Of a stretch of DNA of 64,000 nucleotides, positions 9,761-18,128 are shown in pieces. Every line of letters begins with the position of its first letter. The first letter of the stretch is position 1. A program made the position numbers and the translations under genes. The stretch is taken from assembly GCA_038046245.1 (NCBI GenBank), contig JBBSWO010000003.1:13879-77878 (forward strand). Reading direction: 5' to 3'. A model generated the notes under the pieces. The model worked only from the letters and a program-made list of their open reading frames with translations. It was not told where the DNA came from and made no database searches. Source of the DNA: Nanobdellota archaeon (GTDB taxonomy: Archaea; Nanobdellota; Nanobdellia; Pacearchaeales; GW2011-AR1).

Positions 9761-9802
9761 ATGCACGAGGGAGTTAGTAAAATCGTAAGTTTGAAACTAT
9801 AA
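9761..9802 (+). repeat. synonymously recoded duplicate of the last 13 codons plus stop of the SMC-like gene
   Basis: 9761-9802 translates to MHEGVSKIVSLKL*, identical to 9689-9730. 11 of 42 nt differ, all synonymous, and the copy is in the same frame as the gene. Confidence 0.85.
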
Positions 9803-9836
9803 CAATTTATTTATATCTGAACGTCTTCTATAATCG

Positions 9837-10445
9837 ATGGACAAAAGCGAACTTTTGGATTCTTTAAGAAAACAGGGTTTTTCTGAGAAAATCGTCAACG
9901 CTTTTTCTACAGTTGATAGAGAGAAATTTCTCCCGCAATTGATCAAATTCTTGGCTTATGATGACAATGCGTTGCCGATTGGTCATGGTCAGACAATTTC
10001 ACAGCCGCATACAATCGCAGTGATGTTAGACTTATTGCACCTAAAAAAAGACCAAAAAGTTTTGGAAGTTGGATGCGGTTCTGGTTATGTCTTGGCGTTA
10101 ATCTCGGAAATTGTTGGCGAAAATGGAAAAGTTTACGGTTTAGATATAATAAGAGATTTGGTTGAAAGATCAAAAAAACCTTTGTACAAATATCAAAATG
10201 TCCAGGCTCTTTACGGTGACGGTAGATTCGGCATGTATGAAAAAGCCCCATTTGACAGGATTTTAATCAGCGCAGCAGTTACTTCTATTCCTGATGCTCT
10301 GCTGGCCCAATTAAATGATGAAGGCATCCTTGTTGCTCCTCTTGGCTCTGATAATATGCAAAACTTAGTTTCATTCAAAAAATCGAAAGAAGGTTTGTCA
10401 ATCCTGGAACAAGTTCCAGGATTTGTTTTCGTGAAGTTCGTTTAA
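9837..10445 (+). CDS. pcm: protein-L-isoaspartate O-methyltransferase
   Basis: GQTISQPHTIAVML and the SAM-binding block VLEVGCGSGY; size (202 aa) is typical of PIMT. Confidence 0.85.
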   Translation: MDKSELLDSLRKQGFSEKIVNAFSTVDREKFLPQLIKFLAYDDNALPIGHGQTISQPHTIAVMLDLLHLKKDQKVLEVGCGSGYVLALISEIVGENGKVYGLDIIRDLVERSKKPLYKYQNVQALYGDGRFGMYEKAPFDRILISAAVTSIPDALLAQLNDEGILVAPLGSDNMQNLVSFKKSKEGLSILEQVPGFVFVKFV

Positions 10446-10520
10446 CAGAGCTCCCGCACTTTGTAAAAAATAAAAAAGAGTAAATAAAAATAAAAAAAGA
10501 AAAGTTAAAAATAAAAGATT

Positions 10521-11780
10521 TTAGTAATAACTTTCTCCAAATTCTCCTGATTTTTCAGGTTTCTTTCCAATTAATACTATCAAAACAATTAACAATACGA
10601 TAAAGATTATCGCAAGTACAACTGTTAAGATAACAATTGGGCTAGTCTTTGTTGCTGATTCTGTTTCTGTCTTTCCAGATGTGTTTCCGCTAAATTCTAT
10701 TGAGTTTAGGGTTTCACCTTTCAAGCTGAAAACATTAACTTTGAAGTTATATTCTCCGCTTGTGTTTGGATCAACTGTAACAGTTTTACTTCCGCCAGCA
10801 GGCACGAAAACGATTGTATCGCTTAGTGTAGCCGGTGATTCTGCAACAAGTCTGTAACCAATAACGCTGTCAGTTGGGTTTACAAGCCAGATGCTGTTTC
10901 CAGATTTGAAAACAGTGCTGTCAAAATCGTTTTGGACAACAACTTCAACATTTTGTGTTGATGTAGTGTCTTCGTTTTGGACAGTCAATTCTAGGTTGTA
11001 CTTACCAGCTTGAACGTCGTATGGTAATTCTAGATTCAATGTAGCGCTTACGCTGTCAGTCTTGTCCTCAACACATTTTCTGTTTATATCAAGGCCATAG
11101 TTATTTACAGCTGAATCGCCTTTAACACAACCCTCAATTGCAACAAGGTCTCCAAAGTAACCGCTCTTTTGAATTCCAAGAGTGGCTATTTTAGCTGTTA
11201 CGTAAAGGTCGTTTAAGTCATTGTAACCAATGTTTTTCAAAACAATCTGAACTGGGAATGTTTCTCCAGCTTTCAATGTTTGATCAACACTTACAGATTT
11301 TATAGCAACATCGTAAGGAGTTCTTTGGATGTAAAGAGGTATCGAAATTTCATCACTTTCGTGATCTTTTCCTTCAACCTTTATTTTAAGGCTAAAGTCG
11401 TTACTCAAATCATCCTTAAGCTCGTTTGGTACTACTAGTGTCAATGTTCTTTTGTAACTCTTGTTCTCTTCAACGTTGAAGGGATTTGAATCAACATTAA
11501 CATTAGAGCCATGTCCTTTAATTTCAGCGTTTATTACAACGTCCTGATCATATTGATTTGCAGTAAACCACACATCAATTTTCACAGTGTCGCCAGCTTG
11601 TACACTTAAGTCAGTTAAAGAGGTTCCATAGACAGTAGCACCATCTACATCAACTCTTGTAACGTCACCCAAGTTGTCAGCACTTACGCTAGAAATTACG
11701 CACAATATTGCCACAACCGCTAGGAAAGAAACCAAATATTTTTTGGCTTCCATTGTTTGTTTCATTAGATTTAATTGCAC
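10521..11780 (-). CDS. secreted surface protein with C-terminal membrane anchor (beta-rich, S-layer/adhesin-like)
   Basis: Signal/anchor helix (YLVSFLAVVAILCVISSVSA). Long beta-rich ectodomain. C-terminal TM (IVILTVVLAIIFIVLLIVLIVLI) followed by a short charged tail. Confidence 0.55.
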   Translation of the reverse strand: MQLNLMKQTMEAKKYLVSFLAVVAILCVISSVSADNLGDVTRVDVDGATVYGTSLTDLSVQAGDTVKIDVWFTANQYDQDVVINAEIKGHGSNVNVDSNPFNVEENKSYKRTLTLVVPNELKDDLSNDFSLKIKVEGKDHESDEISIPLYIQRTPYDVAIKSVSVDQTLKAGETFPVQIVLKNIGYNDLNDLYVTAKIATLGIQKSGYFGDLVAIEGCVKGDSAVNNYGLDINRKCVEDKTDSVSATLNLELPYDVQAGKYNLELTVQNEDTTSTQNVEVVVQNDFDSTVFKSGNSIWLVNPTDSVIGYRLVAESPATLSDTIVFVPAGGSKTVTVDPNTSGEYNFKVNVFSLKGETLNSIEFSGNTSGKTETESATKTSPIVILTVVLAIIFIVLLIVLIVLIGKKPEKSGEFGESYY

Positions 11781-11916
11781 AAAGAATCTTTATTCTTTGT
11801 TAAAAGTATGACCTAAAAATGATTTATAAACTTTATGGTGTTGTTGTAATGATGGAGTTACACTAGCACTGAAAGTACTGACATTTAGTGGCTTAAAATC
11901 AGGTTTTCACTGATTG

Positions 11917-12690
11917 TTATAACTTACCATAAACCTTAAGGCTTTTTACTGCATCAGCGACGGGATTTGGAGCTTCATTTATTATTATATAACTGTTGCT
12001 TTTAGGTAGGCTTGTTAAAAGTTTTTTTATTTCTGGCTCAGCAGTTTCTTTGTGTTTTTTCTCCCCTTTTTCACCATATTCAATACCTGAAAAATGGATA
12101 TGCCATTCTTTTTCTTTGGTAAAAAGCTTTGCGGCTTTTTCAAAATTGTAATCTTTTTCTCTGGCTAAAATATGTGCAAAATCAATACAAAAACTGCACC
12201 CAGTTTCATCAACAAGTTTCTGTATTTCTTCAAGACTTCCAAAAACATTCACTTTTCCAGTTGTTTCTGGTGCTAATTCTGGAGTATATTTTTTTTCTTT
12301 CCTTATTTTTTGTATTTCAATTATCTCGCTCTTTATTTTTTCGTACGTGTCTTCTTTTCCAGACTTCCCATAAAAACCAGGATGGAATATAACTCTTTTA
12401 GCTTTTAGCCATGTCCCAACTTTCAAGCAATCAAGTATCCTTTCTTTGCTTTTTTCTATCTTTTCTTTTTCAGTAGAATTTAGATTGATAAAATAAGGTG
12501 CATGGATGCTCAAATAAATTCCAAGTCTCTCTGCAGCTCGGCCAATTTCTTCAGCGACTTTTTGTTCCTTTATGTACACACCATAAGTGAATGCAATCTC
12601 ACATGCTCTTAATCCAAGCTTGTGATATTCTTCCAGATTTGAAATTGCCTCATTCACGCCACCGAGGCCCGAAGGGCCGAATTTTATCAT
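11917..12690 (-). CDS. nfo: AP endonuclease family 2 / endonuclease IV-like TIM-barrel protein
   Basis: Blocks LSIHAPYFINL, RVIFHPG, APETTGK and CIDFAHI resemble the metal-binding blocks of endonuclease IV. The start MIKFGPSG at 12690 is preferred. Confidence 0.65.
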   Translation of the reverse strand: MIKFGPSGLGGVNEAISNLEEYHKLGLRACEIAFTYGVYIKEQKVAEEIGRAAERLGIYLSIHAPYFINLNSTEKEKIEKSKERILDCLKVGTWLKAKRVIFHPGFYGKSGKEDTYEKIKSEIIEIQKIRKEKKYTPELAPETTGKVNVFGSLEEIQKLVDETGCSFCIDFAHILAREKDYNFEKAAKLFTKEKEWHIHFSGIEYGEKGEKKHKETAEPEIKKLLTSLPKSNSYIIINEAPNPVADAVKSLKVYGKL

Positions 12691-12740
12691 GTAAATAGTT
12701 GCTGGCAAAATTTTATAAAGCTTCTGCTCAAGGAACAATT

Positions 12741-13052
12741 ATGGATGAATCAAAAAAATTAGCTATTGAAATAGTTGGAGAGCTTGAACCTCAAGGCAGA
12801 GTTACAAAAGAAAACTTGCTGGCAAAAGTTGCCGAGTTAGGGGGAATAAGTGTAGAGGACTTAACAGATTACCATAAAAGAGAGCCAGCCAGGTCTTTAA
12901 GAAATGCTGCATATTATCTTGCATATAACTCTCTTGGTTTATCTCTTAGCGAAACTGCTTCTCTTTTGAACAGAAAAAATCATACGACTGTTATGAATGG
13001 AATTGGTGTAATGGCAACAAACATTTACGAATTCACTAGAAGAAGTTTCTAA
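12741..13052 (+). CDS. stand-alone DnaA domain IV-like helix-turn-helix protein (103 aa)
   Basis: ARSLRNAAYYLAYNSLGLSLSETASLLNRKNHTTVMNG parallels the bacterial DnaA C-terminal DNA-binding block (R..AMYL...SL.eIg..fg.rDHTTV.ha). Confidence 0.55.
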   Translation: MDESKKLAIEIVGELEPQGRVTKENLLAKVAELGGISVEDLTDYHKREPARSLRNAAYYLAYNSLGLSLSETASLLNRKNHTTVMNGIGVMATNIYEFTRRSF

Positions 13053-13070
13053 ATTTTAAAGAAGTTTTGA

Positions 13071-13583
13071 TTAATTCTTTCTCTTACCATGCACTTTTTC
13101 CCAATCCTCAAACTCATAAAAAGGTGTCACACAATGTTCCTTATTGGAATCTAAAATTCCGTCACAAACAACTCTTAATTCTAAGAAGCCGTTTCTAGAT
13201 GGGCTAAATGCATGTCTTCTCCCTTTAGGAATTTCAACTTCCGATTCATTGAATGAAGAAATATCTGGTGTGGATATTTCCCCTTTATATTTAGAAAAAA
13301 CATAACCTTTCCCACCAATAACTTTGACAAATTCATTTACATCTTCATGAAAATGCACATCTGTTGGTCTTAAAAATCCAACGTCAATTATTGTTTGGCT
13401 CATCTTTTGCAAAAATTCTTCACTAAAAAGTTTTCTAAAAAACAATCCTGATTTAGGATCAGCAGTATATCCTCTTGACTCTAAATCTTTAGCCATTCCA
13501 TTAATATTTGAAATTAAACAATGCTCATCATACCATCTTATAACATGTTCATTCTCAAGGCTATGAAAATAATCAACCATCAT
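13071..13583 (-). CDS. hypothetical protein, possibly cupin-fold
   Basis: 170 aa. HFHEDVNEFVKVIGGKGYV ... EIPKGRRHAF loosely resembles the two cupin motifs. Confidence 0.4.
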   Translation of the reverse strand: MMVDYFHSLENEHVIRWYDEHCLISNINGMAKDLESRGYTADPKSGLFFRKLFSEEFLQKMSQTIIDVGFLRPTDVHFHEDVNEFVKVIGGKGYVFSKYKGEISTPDISSFNESEVEIPKGRRHAFSPSRNGFLELRVVCDGILDSNKEHCVTPFYEFEDWEKVHGKRKN

Positions 13584-13624
13584 TTCTCAAATTTTTCTCC
13601 CTTTTTAAGAATTATTGTGTTTAA

Positions 13625-13915
13625 TCAGTTATGCTGAAAAGGATTTTCTAAATCTACTTGATGGCTGTCAACCTCAACAGTATTTTTAGGATCAAAATCT
13701 CTTAATTTTTTTGCTAAACCTTCAATAAACTCACTAGTCTCTGACACAAATTCTATTATCCCTTTTCCAGGCATTTTCCTCAAATCATATCCCACCAAAT
13801 GAGCTTGTTGTTCCTCTGCATAATCTATTGCAACCGCTGTTAACTTATCAATGTAATTTGATTCTCTTGCGTTATCAGATCTTACTATAACAACATGTCT
13901 CATATGTGGTTTCAT
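13625..13915 (-). CDS. hypothetical protein (96 aa)
   Basis: ATG ORF in the same orientation as, and directly downstream of, dnaG; no family recognised. Confidence 0.4.
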   Translation of the reverse strand: MKPHMRHVVIVRSDNARESNYIDKLTAVAIDYAEEQQAHLVGYDLRKMPGKGIIEFVSETSEFIEGLAKKLRDFDPKNTVEVDSHQVDLENPFQHN

Positions 13916-13961
13916 TTTTTGTATAGTATTTTATAAAAAATCATTTAAAAATCTTCTCTTT

Positions 13962-15149
13962 TCACAAACTGAACAATTGTATATTTGTGTCAGCCGTTGA
14001 GAAATTGTTCGCTACTATGACTTTTACTCTTGCATCTTCCGCAGCCCTTATTATCGGCGTTGTGGCTGCTCCGTCAATTATGATTATTGCAGGTTCAATC
14101 CTGTTTTTGTTTATGAATAATGTTAATGTTTTCAATGAGATTCTTTTTATTTCCTTGAAATTTTCGTCGAGTAATATTGCCTGCTTTGAACCCTGGTTCT
14201 CTTCTGAAAGTTTTTTTAATAGCTCAAGATTTTCTTCACTCAATATTTCTTTTTTCTGAGGGGGTCGATATTCTCTTCTCTCTTCTCTTTGATTATTACC
14301 TCTGGAAAAGCCAGAGAAGCTTCCGTTCCTTTTTTCCCTTGAAAAAAATTCTTCAGGTGTTACTCTTTTTCTAAGGTTCATTAGGATTTCTTTTCCCGTA
14401 AGCTCCTCTACTTCTTTTCCTTCAGGCGCAACACATATGTATTTGACTTTTGCGTTGTCAATGACATTCTGTGCAATGAGTTTTCCGCCTCTGTCGCCGT
14501 CTATAAATAAAATAATGTCCTTTTCATTGCTTAGTCCTTTGATCTCTTCAGGAAGCTTTGTTCCGTTCATTCCGATGACATTCTTGACCCCATTCTTAAG
14601 CAAGTTCAAAACATCTGCTCTTCCTTCAACAACGATAACTTCTGGGTCAGATAAATCTCCACATGGAAGTTTTCCTTCTCCATATTCTCTGAGTTCAGCC
14701 ATCTTGGTTGACTCTTTTATCTGGGTTGTTATCTCTCGGCTGTTTGTTCCTTCTTGAAGTCCCTGCATAAGTTTTTTCGCTCTGTCAATTATGTATTCTC
14801 TCTTGCTGCCTCTTACGTCCTCGATTTTCGTGACTTCAATCTGGGAATCGCAAGGTCCTATTCTTTCAATAGTCTCCACAGCAGCAGCTATCAATGTCGT
14901 TTCAGACTGGTCCAAGGCAGTTGGAATCATTATTTTTCCAGTGGTCTTCTTGTCGCTTCTTTCAAGCTCTACCTCAATTCTTCCGATTTTCCCTTCTTTC
15001 TGAAGCTCTCTCATTTCGAGATCAGATCCCAAAAGACCTTCTGTCTGTCCAAATATGGCCCCAATTATGTCTGGTTTTTCCAAAGCGCCTTCGGCAATAA
15101 AATTCGCATGAATCATGTATTTTATCGATACCGGGCTTATTTTTGCCAT
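13962..15149 (-). CDS. dnaG: archaeal DnaG-type primase (TOPRIM protein)
   Basis: Conserved archaeal DnaG N-terminus (IKYMIHANFIAEGALEKPDIIGAIFGQTEGLLG). TOPRIM blocks VVEGRADVLNL and FIDGDRGG. Confidence 0.85.
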   Translation of the reverse strand: MAKISPVSIKYMIHANFIAEGALEKPDIIGAIFGQTEGLLGSDLEMRELQKEGKIGRIEVELERSDKKTTGKIMIPTALDQSETTLIAAAVETIERIGPCDSQIEVTKIEDVRGSKREYIIDRAKKLMQGLQEGTNSREITTQIKESTKMAELREYGEGKLPCGDLSDPEVIVVEGRADVLNLLKNGVKNVIGMNGTKLPEEIKGLSNEKDIILFIDGDRGGKLIAQNVIDNAKVKYICVAPEGKEVEELTGKEILMNLRKRVTPEEFFSREKRNGSFSGFSRGNNQREERREYRPPQKKEILSEENLELLKKLSEENQGSKQAILLDENFKEIKRISLKTLTLFINKNRIEPAIIIIDGAATTPIIRAAEDARVKVIVANNFSTADTNIQLFSL

Positions 15150-15340
15150 GTTTTCTCCTATGTTTATTTAATTTGAAATCTATGATTTCTAGAAAAATAC
15201 CGCGTTTACTAACTAACTGACTTAAACTGTCTCACGAGAAATGAATGTGAGTGTGAAAGTGATGTGATAATATGATGATATTTTCCTGCGTCTATGAAGC
15301 GTGGAGCTTTTTTAAGGTTTGTGGTTTCTGTTGTTTATTA

Positions 15341-15826
15341 TTACTGCTTTAAAACGAATAAAATCGCCATCAAAGAGTCATCTATCGTTGAGAATACTTT
15401 TGCTTTGTGAAGTAACTTTGCTCTTTCAACAAGTTCTATAAATCTTGCTGGCTTGAAACATCTTATTTTATCGTCACAAATACTCTCAAAATCTCCTTCA
15501 TTCTCGCTTAAAATAATAACCTTTCTTGAATTAGATTCTGATTCAGCCACCCATCTTATTGCTTGAATAATATTATAATCAGTAACTCCTCTTGCAGAAT
15601 TATCAATACGATAAGTTTTTTCAAAAAATACTTTGTGGTCTGGAAGAAGTTTTGGTTCAATAATTTTTTCGTATAAAATGCCCTCAATTAAAACATCTAC
15701 ATCGCCTAAACTCATCAAGTCCGTAGATACATCAAAGGCCACCCTTCTTAATTCACCACCACTACTTTGAATATTATTATCAACATTAGCTTTCATAACT
15801 TCAATAGAGGGGATAATTGTAATCAT
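15341..15826 (-). CDS. hypothetical protein, weakly PIN/NYN-like
   Basis: 161 aa. Acidic residues are spaced as in PIN domains (AFDVSTD ... DYNIIQA ... LSENEGDF). Weak, by eye only. Confidence 0.35.
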   Translation of the reverse strand: MITIIPSIEVMKANVDNNIQSSGGELRRVAFDVSTDLMSLGDVDVLIEGILYEKIIEPKLLPDHKVFFEKTYRIDNSARGVTDYNIIQAIRWVAESESNSRKVIILSENEGDFESICDDKIRCFKPARFIELVERAKLLHKAKVFSTIDDSLMAILFVLKQ

Positions 15827-15848
15827 CTAAGTTTAACAAGAAAATGAG

Positions 15849-16055
15849 TTAATCTTTTTCAGCAACTTCTAAAAAATTGCCTTTACTTCGAAGGTACTCT
15901 CTTATTCCTCCCCCTTTAATTGCTATAATATTTTCTCTCAAATCAGGGTTTAGACTTTCAATTATGATAAGTCCTTCTTTTGGAAGTGAAAATTCTTTCC
16001 TTTTCTCATCAGACAAGTTTTCTGCCCTGCCCAACCTAATATTTTTTAAAGCCAT
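15849..16055 (-). CDS. hypothetical small protein (68 aa)
   Basis: ATG ORF 22 nt upstream of, and co-oriented with, 15341-15826. Confidence 0.35.
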   Translation of the reverse strand: MALKNIRLGRAENLSDEKRKEFSLPKEGLIIIESLNPDLRENIIAIKGGGIREYLRSKGNFLEVAEKD

Positions 16056-16185
16056 TTTAAAAACCAGTATAGCATCCTTTTAAAGATTTCTACAATCCAG
16101 AATAAGTGTACCTCCTTTTTATTATCATATCTTTCTGAGGCAGCACTAATATATAAACTTTATGAATGAGATAGTTTGTCACAAG

Positions 16186-16992
16186 TTATTGCTTAAAACA
16201 AGTAGCAGAATTAATTTTGTAATAAACTAAAGATGCTACGGGATTATTAAAGACCACTGCGTCATTAGAATTATCTCTTCCCATAATAAGGTTTATTTTA
16301 TAATATGTATTTGTTGTTTTTCCTATTGTACCCTCATTTGAAACATTAGTAACAGATTTTGAATAATCAAAACTACAATAAAAATAATTTATATTTTCTC
16401 CTTCTGACGAACCTTGATGACATGGTGGATTAAAAAAGTCGTATTCTATAGGGCTTCCATCATTCCAAGATGGAGTAACTGATCCAGCTTGTGTAAAAGT
16501 ATTTCCTGACGTTAAACTTAGTGTAAGCGTCGGTATCTTATTTTCAGTGATTAATAATTTGTCAGGTATAATTCCTTCAGGGCATGTATTTTTTGAGGCA
16601 GAGATACTACTATGTTGCTGGACATAACTAAATAGTATCACTAGTCCTATTATAATAACTAAATACACAAAAATTTTTTGAGTGTTTTTTTTGTTTAAAG
16701 TAAGAATTAAGTGGTAGATTATTATCAAAAAACATACAGTCATTATAACATAATAGAAAATTTCTAAAAGAACAATAAATACAATCTTAAAACCTAAAAA
16801 AAGTCCTGCTTGTAAAGATTGTCCAAGAATATTAATTGAATTTGTATAATTTTTCCAGAAAAAATTAACAAACACTAAATGATGGTTTTTTATTGATTGC
16901 CATACTATTCCTACTATTGAAGCAATTATAAACCAAATTAATGGTTTTCTAATTTCATTAGGAATGTATACTCTAAAATCTCTAGCCTTCAT
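16186..16992 (-). CDS. integral membrane protein with C-terminal extracytoplasmic domain
   Basis: Four to five hydrophobic helices in the first ~125 aa, then a Ser/Thr/Asn-rich soluble domain. Confidence 0.5.
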   Translation of the reverse strand: MKARDFRVYIPNEIRKPLIWFIIASIVGIVWQSIKNHHLVFVNFFWKNYTNSINILGQSLQAGLFLGFKIVFIVLLEIFYYVIMTVCFLIIIYHLILTLNKKNTQKIFVYLVIIIGLVILFSYVQQHSSISASKNTCPEGIIPDKLLITENKIPTLTLSLTSGNTFTQAGSVTPSWNDGSPIEYDFFNPPCHQGSSEGENINYFYCSFDYSKSVTNVSNEGTIGKTTNTYYKINLIMGRDNSNDAVVFNNPVASLVYYKINSATCFKQ

Positions 16993-17026
16993 TATCTTTC
17001 AAAAGAATTCTACTATAAAAAACTAT

Positions 17027-17698
17027 TCACAACCCCAACTCTTTATCCAAATCCCATTCATCACTAGATGCAGGTTTGGCAGCAGGCCTTTCAGTTCTTC
17101 TTTGCTCTCCTCTCGTCGTCTTGTTCTCTTTTATCGTGAAATATTCTTTTATCTTTCCGGTCTGTTCGTAAAGGGCCATTAACTTGCTTTTTATGTCCTG
17201 TCTTTCAGAATCAGAAAGTCTCATCTGCAAAAGTTTTTCATAAATTTTTATTGCATTTGCCCTTCTTCTCTCTTTGACATAAACTTCTGCCTGTCTTTTG
17301 CAAAAATCTTTCACAGCAGAAAAAAGCCCCTCTCTTTCTTTTAGCGGTGCTTCTCCAAGGGCCTTTTTCAAAGCTTCGTCAAGCATCATCAAATCTCCAC
17401 CCTTGACATAAAATTCAACTTCTTTCATGTGTGCATTCACTTTGTCTTTAAAAGTCGTTGAAAGAATAGAAACATTATTGTACATTTTGGCAGCCTCGAC
17501 AAACATACCTTTTTTATCATAAAGCTCAGCAAGTTTCATATACAAAAATTTCTTCTTATCTGTCGCTAAATCTTTTTCCTTGACCATTCGCGTCAAATGG
17601 TCTACTTGCACAAAATCTCCTTTGCCTTTCAAGAAAGCTTCAATCTCACTCTTAGACATATCACTTTTTGTCGTCTCTCTTTTTAACATAAAATACAT
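17027..17698 (-). CDS. hypothetical helical-repeat (TPR-like) protein with basic C-terminal tail
   Basis: 223 aa with repeated ~34-aa helical hairpin-like segments (..A.LY.K.G.F.EAAKMY..). No motif verified. Confidence 0.4.
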   Translation of the reverse strand: MYFMLKRETTKSDMSKSEIEAFLKGKGDFVQVDHLTRMVKEKDLATDKKKFLYMKLAELYDKKGMFVEAAKMYNNVSILSTTFKDKVNAHMKEVEFYVKGGDLMMLDEALKKALGEAPLKEREGLFSAVKDFCKRQAEVYVKERRRANAIKIYEKLLQMRLSDSERQDIKSKLMALYEQTGKIKEYFTIKENKTTRGEQRRTERPAAKPASSDEWDLDKELGL

Positions 17699-17742
17699 AA
17701 TAAAATCAGCTTTTTAAGCATTACTGATATTGAGAATATGAA

Positions 17743-18117
17743 TTAATTTTCTTCAACCATCTTTGTTATTTCAGCAGTGAATTGCAGCAAAAGACCGACA
17801 TTTCTTTCAAATGGTTTTTCTATTACTACTGCCCCAAGATCCCGTGCAGTTGTTTTTACAGCTTCTCTTAATCTCTCACCGGCCAATGCAACTGTTCTCA
17901 GGCCCTTTTTCTTTGATAGTCCCAAAATGTCTAAGTTTCGCTCATCTAAATTTCCAATAACCACTCCTAAAATTTCTCCATTGTTGCCATTAGCGAGTCT
18001 GCTTCTCAATTCGCTTGGGTCAGAAATTACTTCATAATCAAATCTGCCGTGATTATAACCTGCAGTTAAAGCAGCATCCAAAGGACTTCCATTTTCAAGA
18101 TATAGTATGCTCCTCAT
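17743..18117 (-). CDS. hypothetical protein (124 aa)
   Basis: ATG ORF immediately downstream of tuf on the same strand; no family recognised. Confidence 0.4.
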   Translation of the reverse strand: MRSILYLENGSPLDAALTAGYNHGRFDYEVISDPSELRSRLANGNNGEILGVVIGNLDERNLDILGLSKKKGLRTVALAGERLREAVKTTARDLGAVVIEKPFERNVGLLLQFTAEITKMVEEN

Positions 18118-18128
18118 TTTTCAAAGAA

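Noticed and set aside
11848-11913. Candidate C/D-box sRNA (AATGATGG ... CTGA ... CTGA ... CTGA) in the intergenic region between the surface protein and nfo
   Set aside because: The C box is imperfect, no C' box (TGATGA) is present, and the spacing does not fit the archaeal 12-nt guide architecture.
15150-15340. The ~190-bp non-coding gap upstream of dnaG, inspected for a structured RNA (GTGATGTGA/ATGATGA motifs) or repeats
   Set aside because: I could identify no convincing stem-loops, no box C/D pairing and no similarity to RNase P, SRP or 5S features. It is probably a promoter region.
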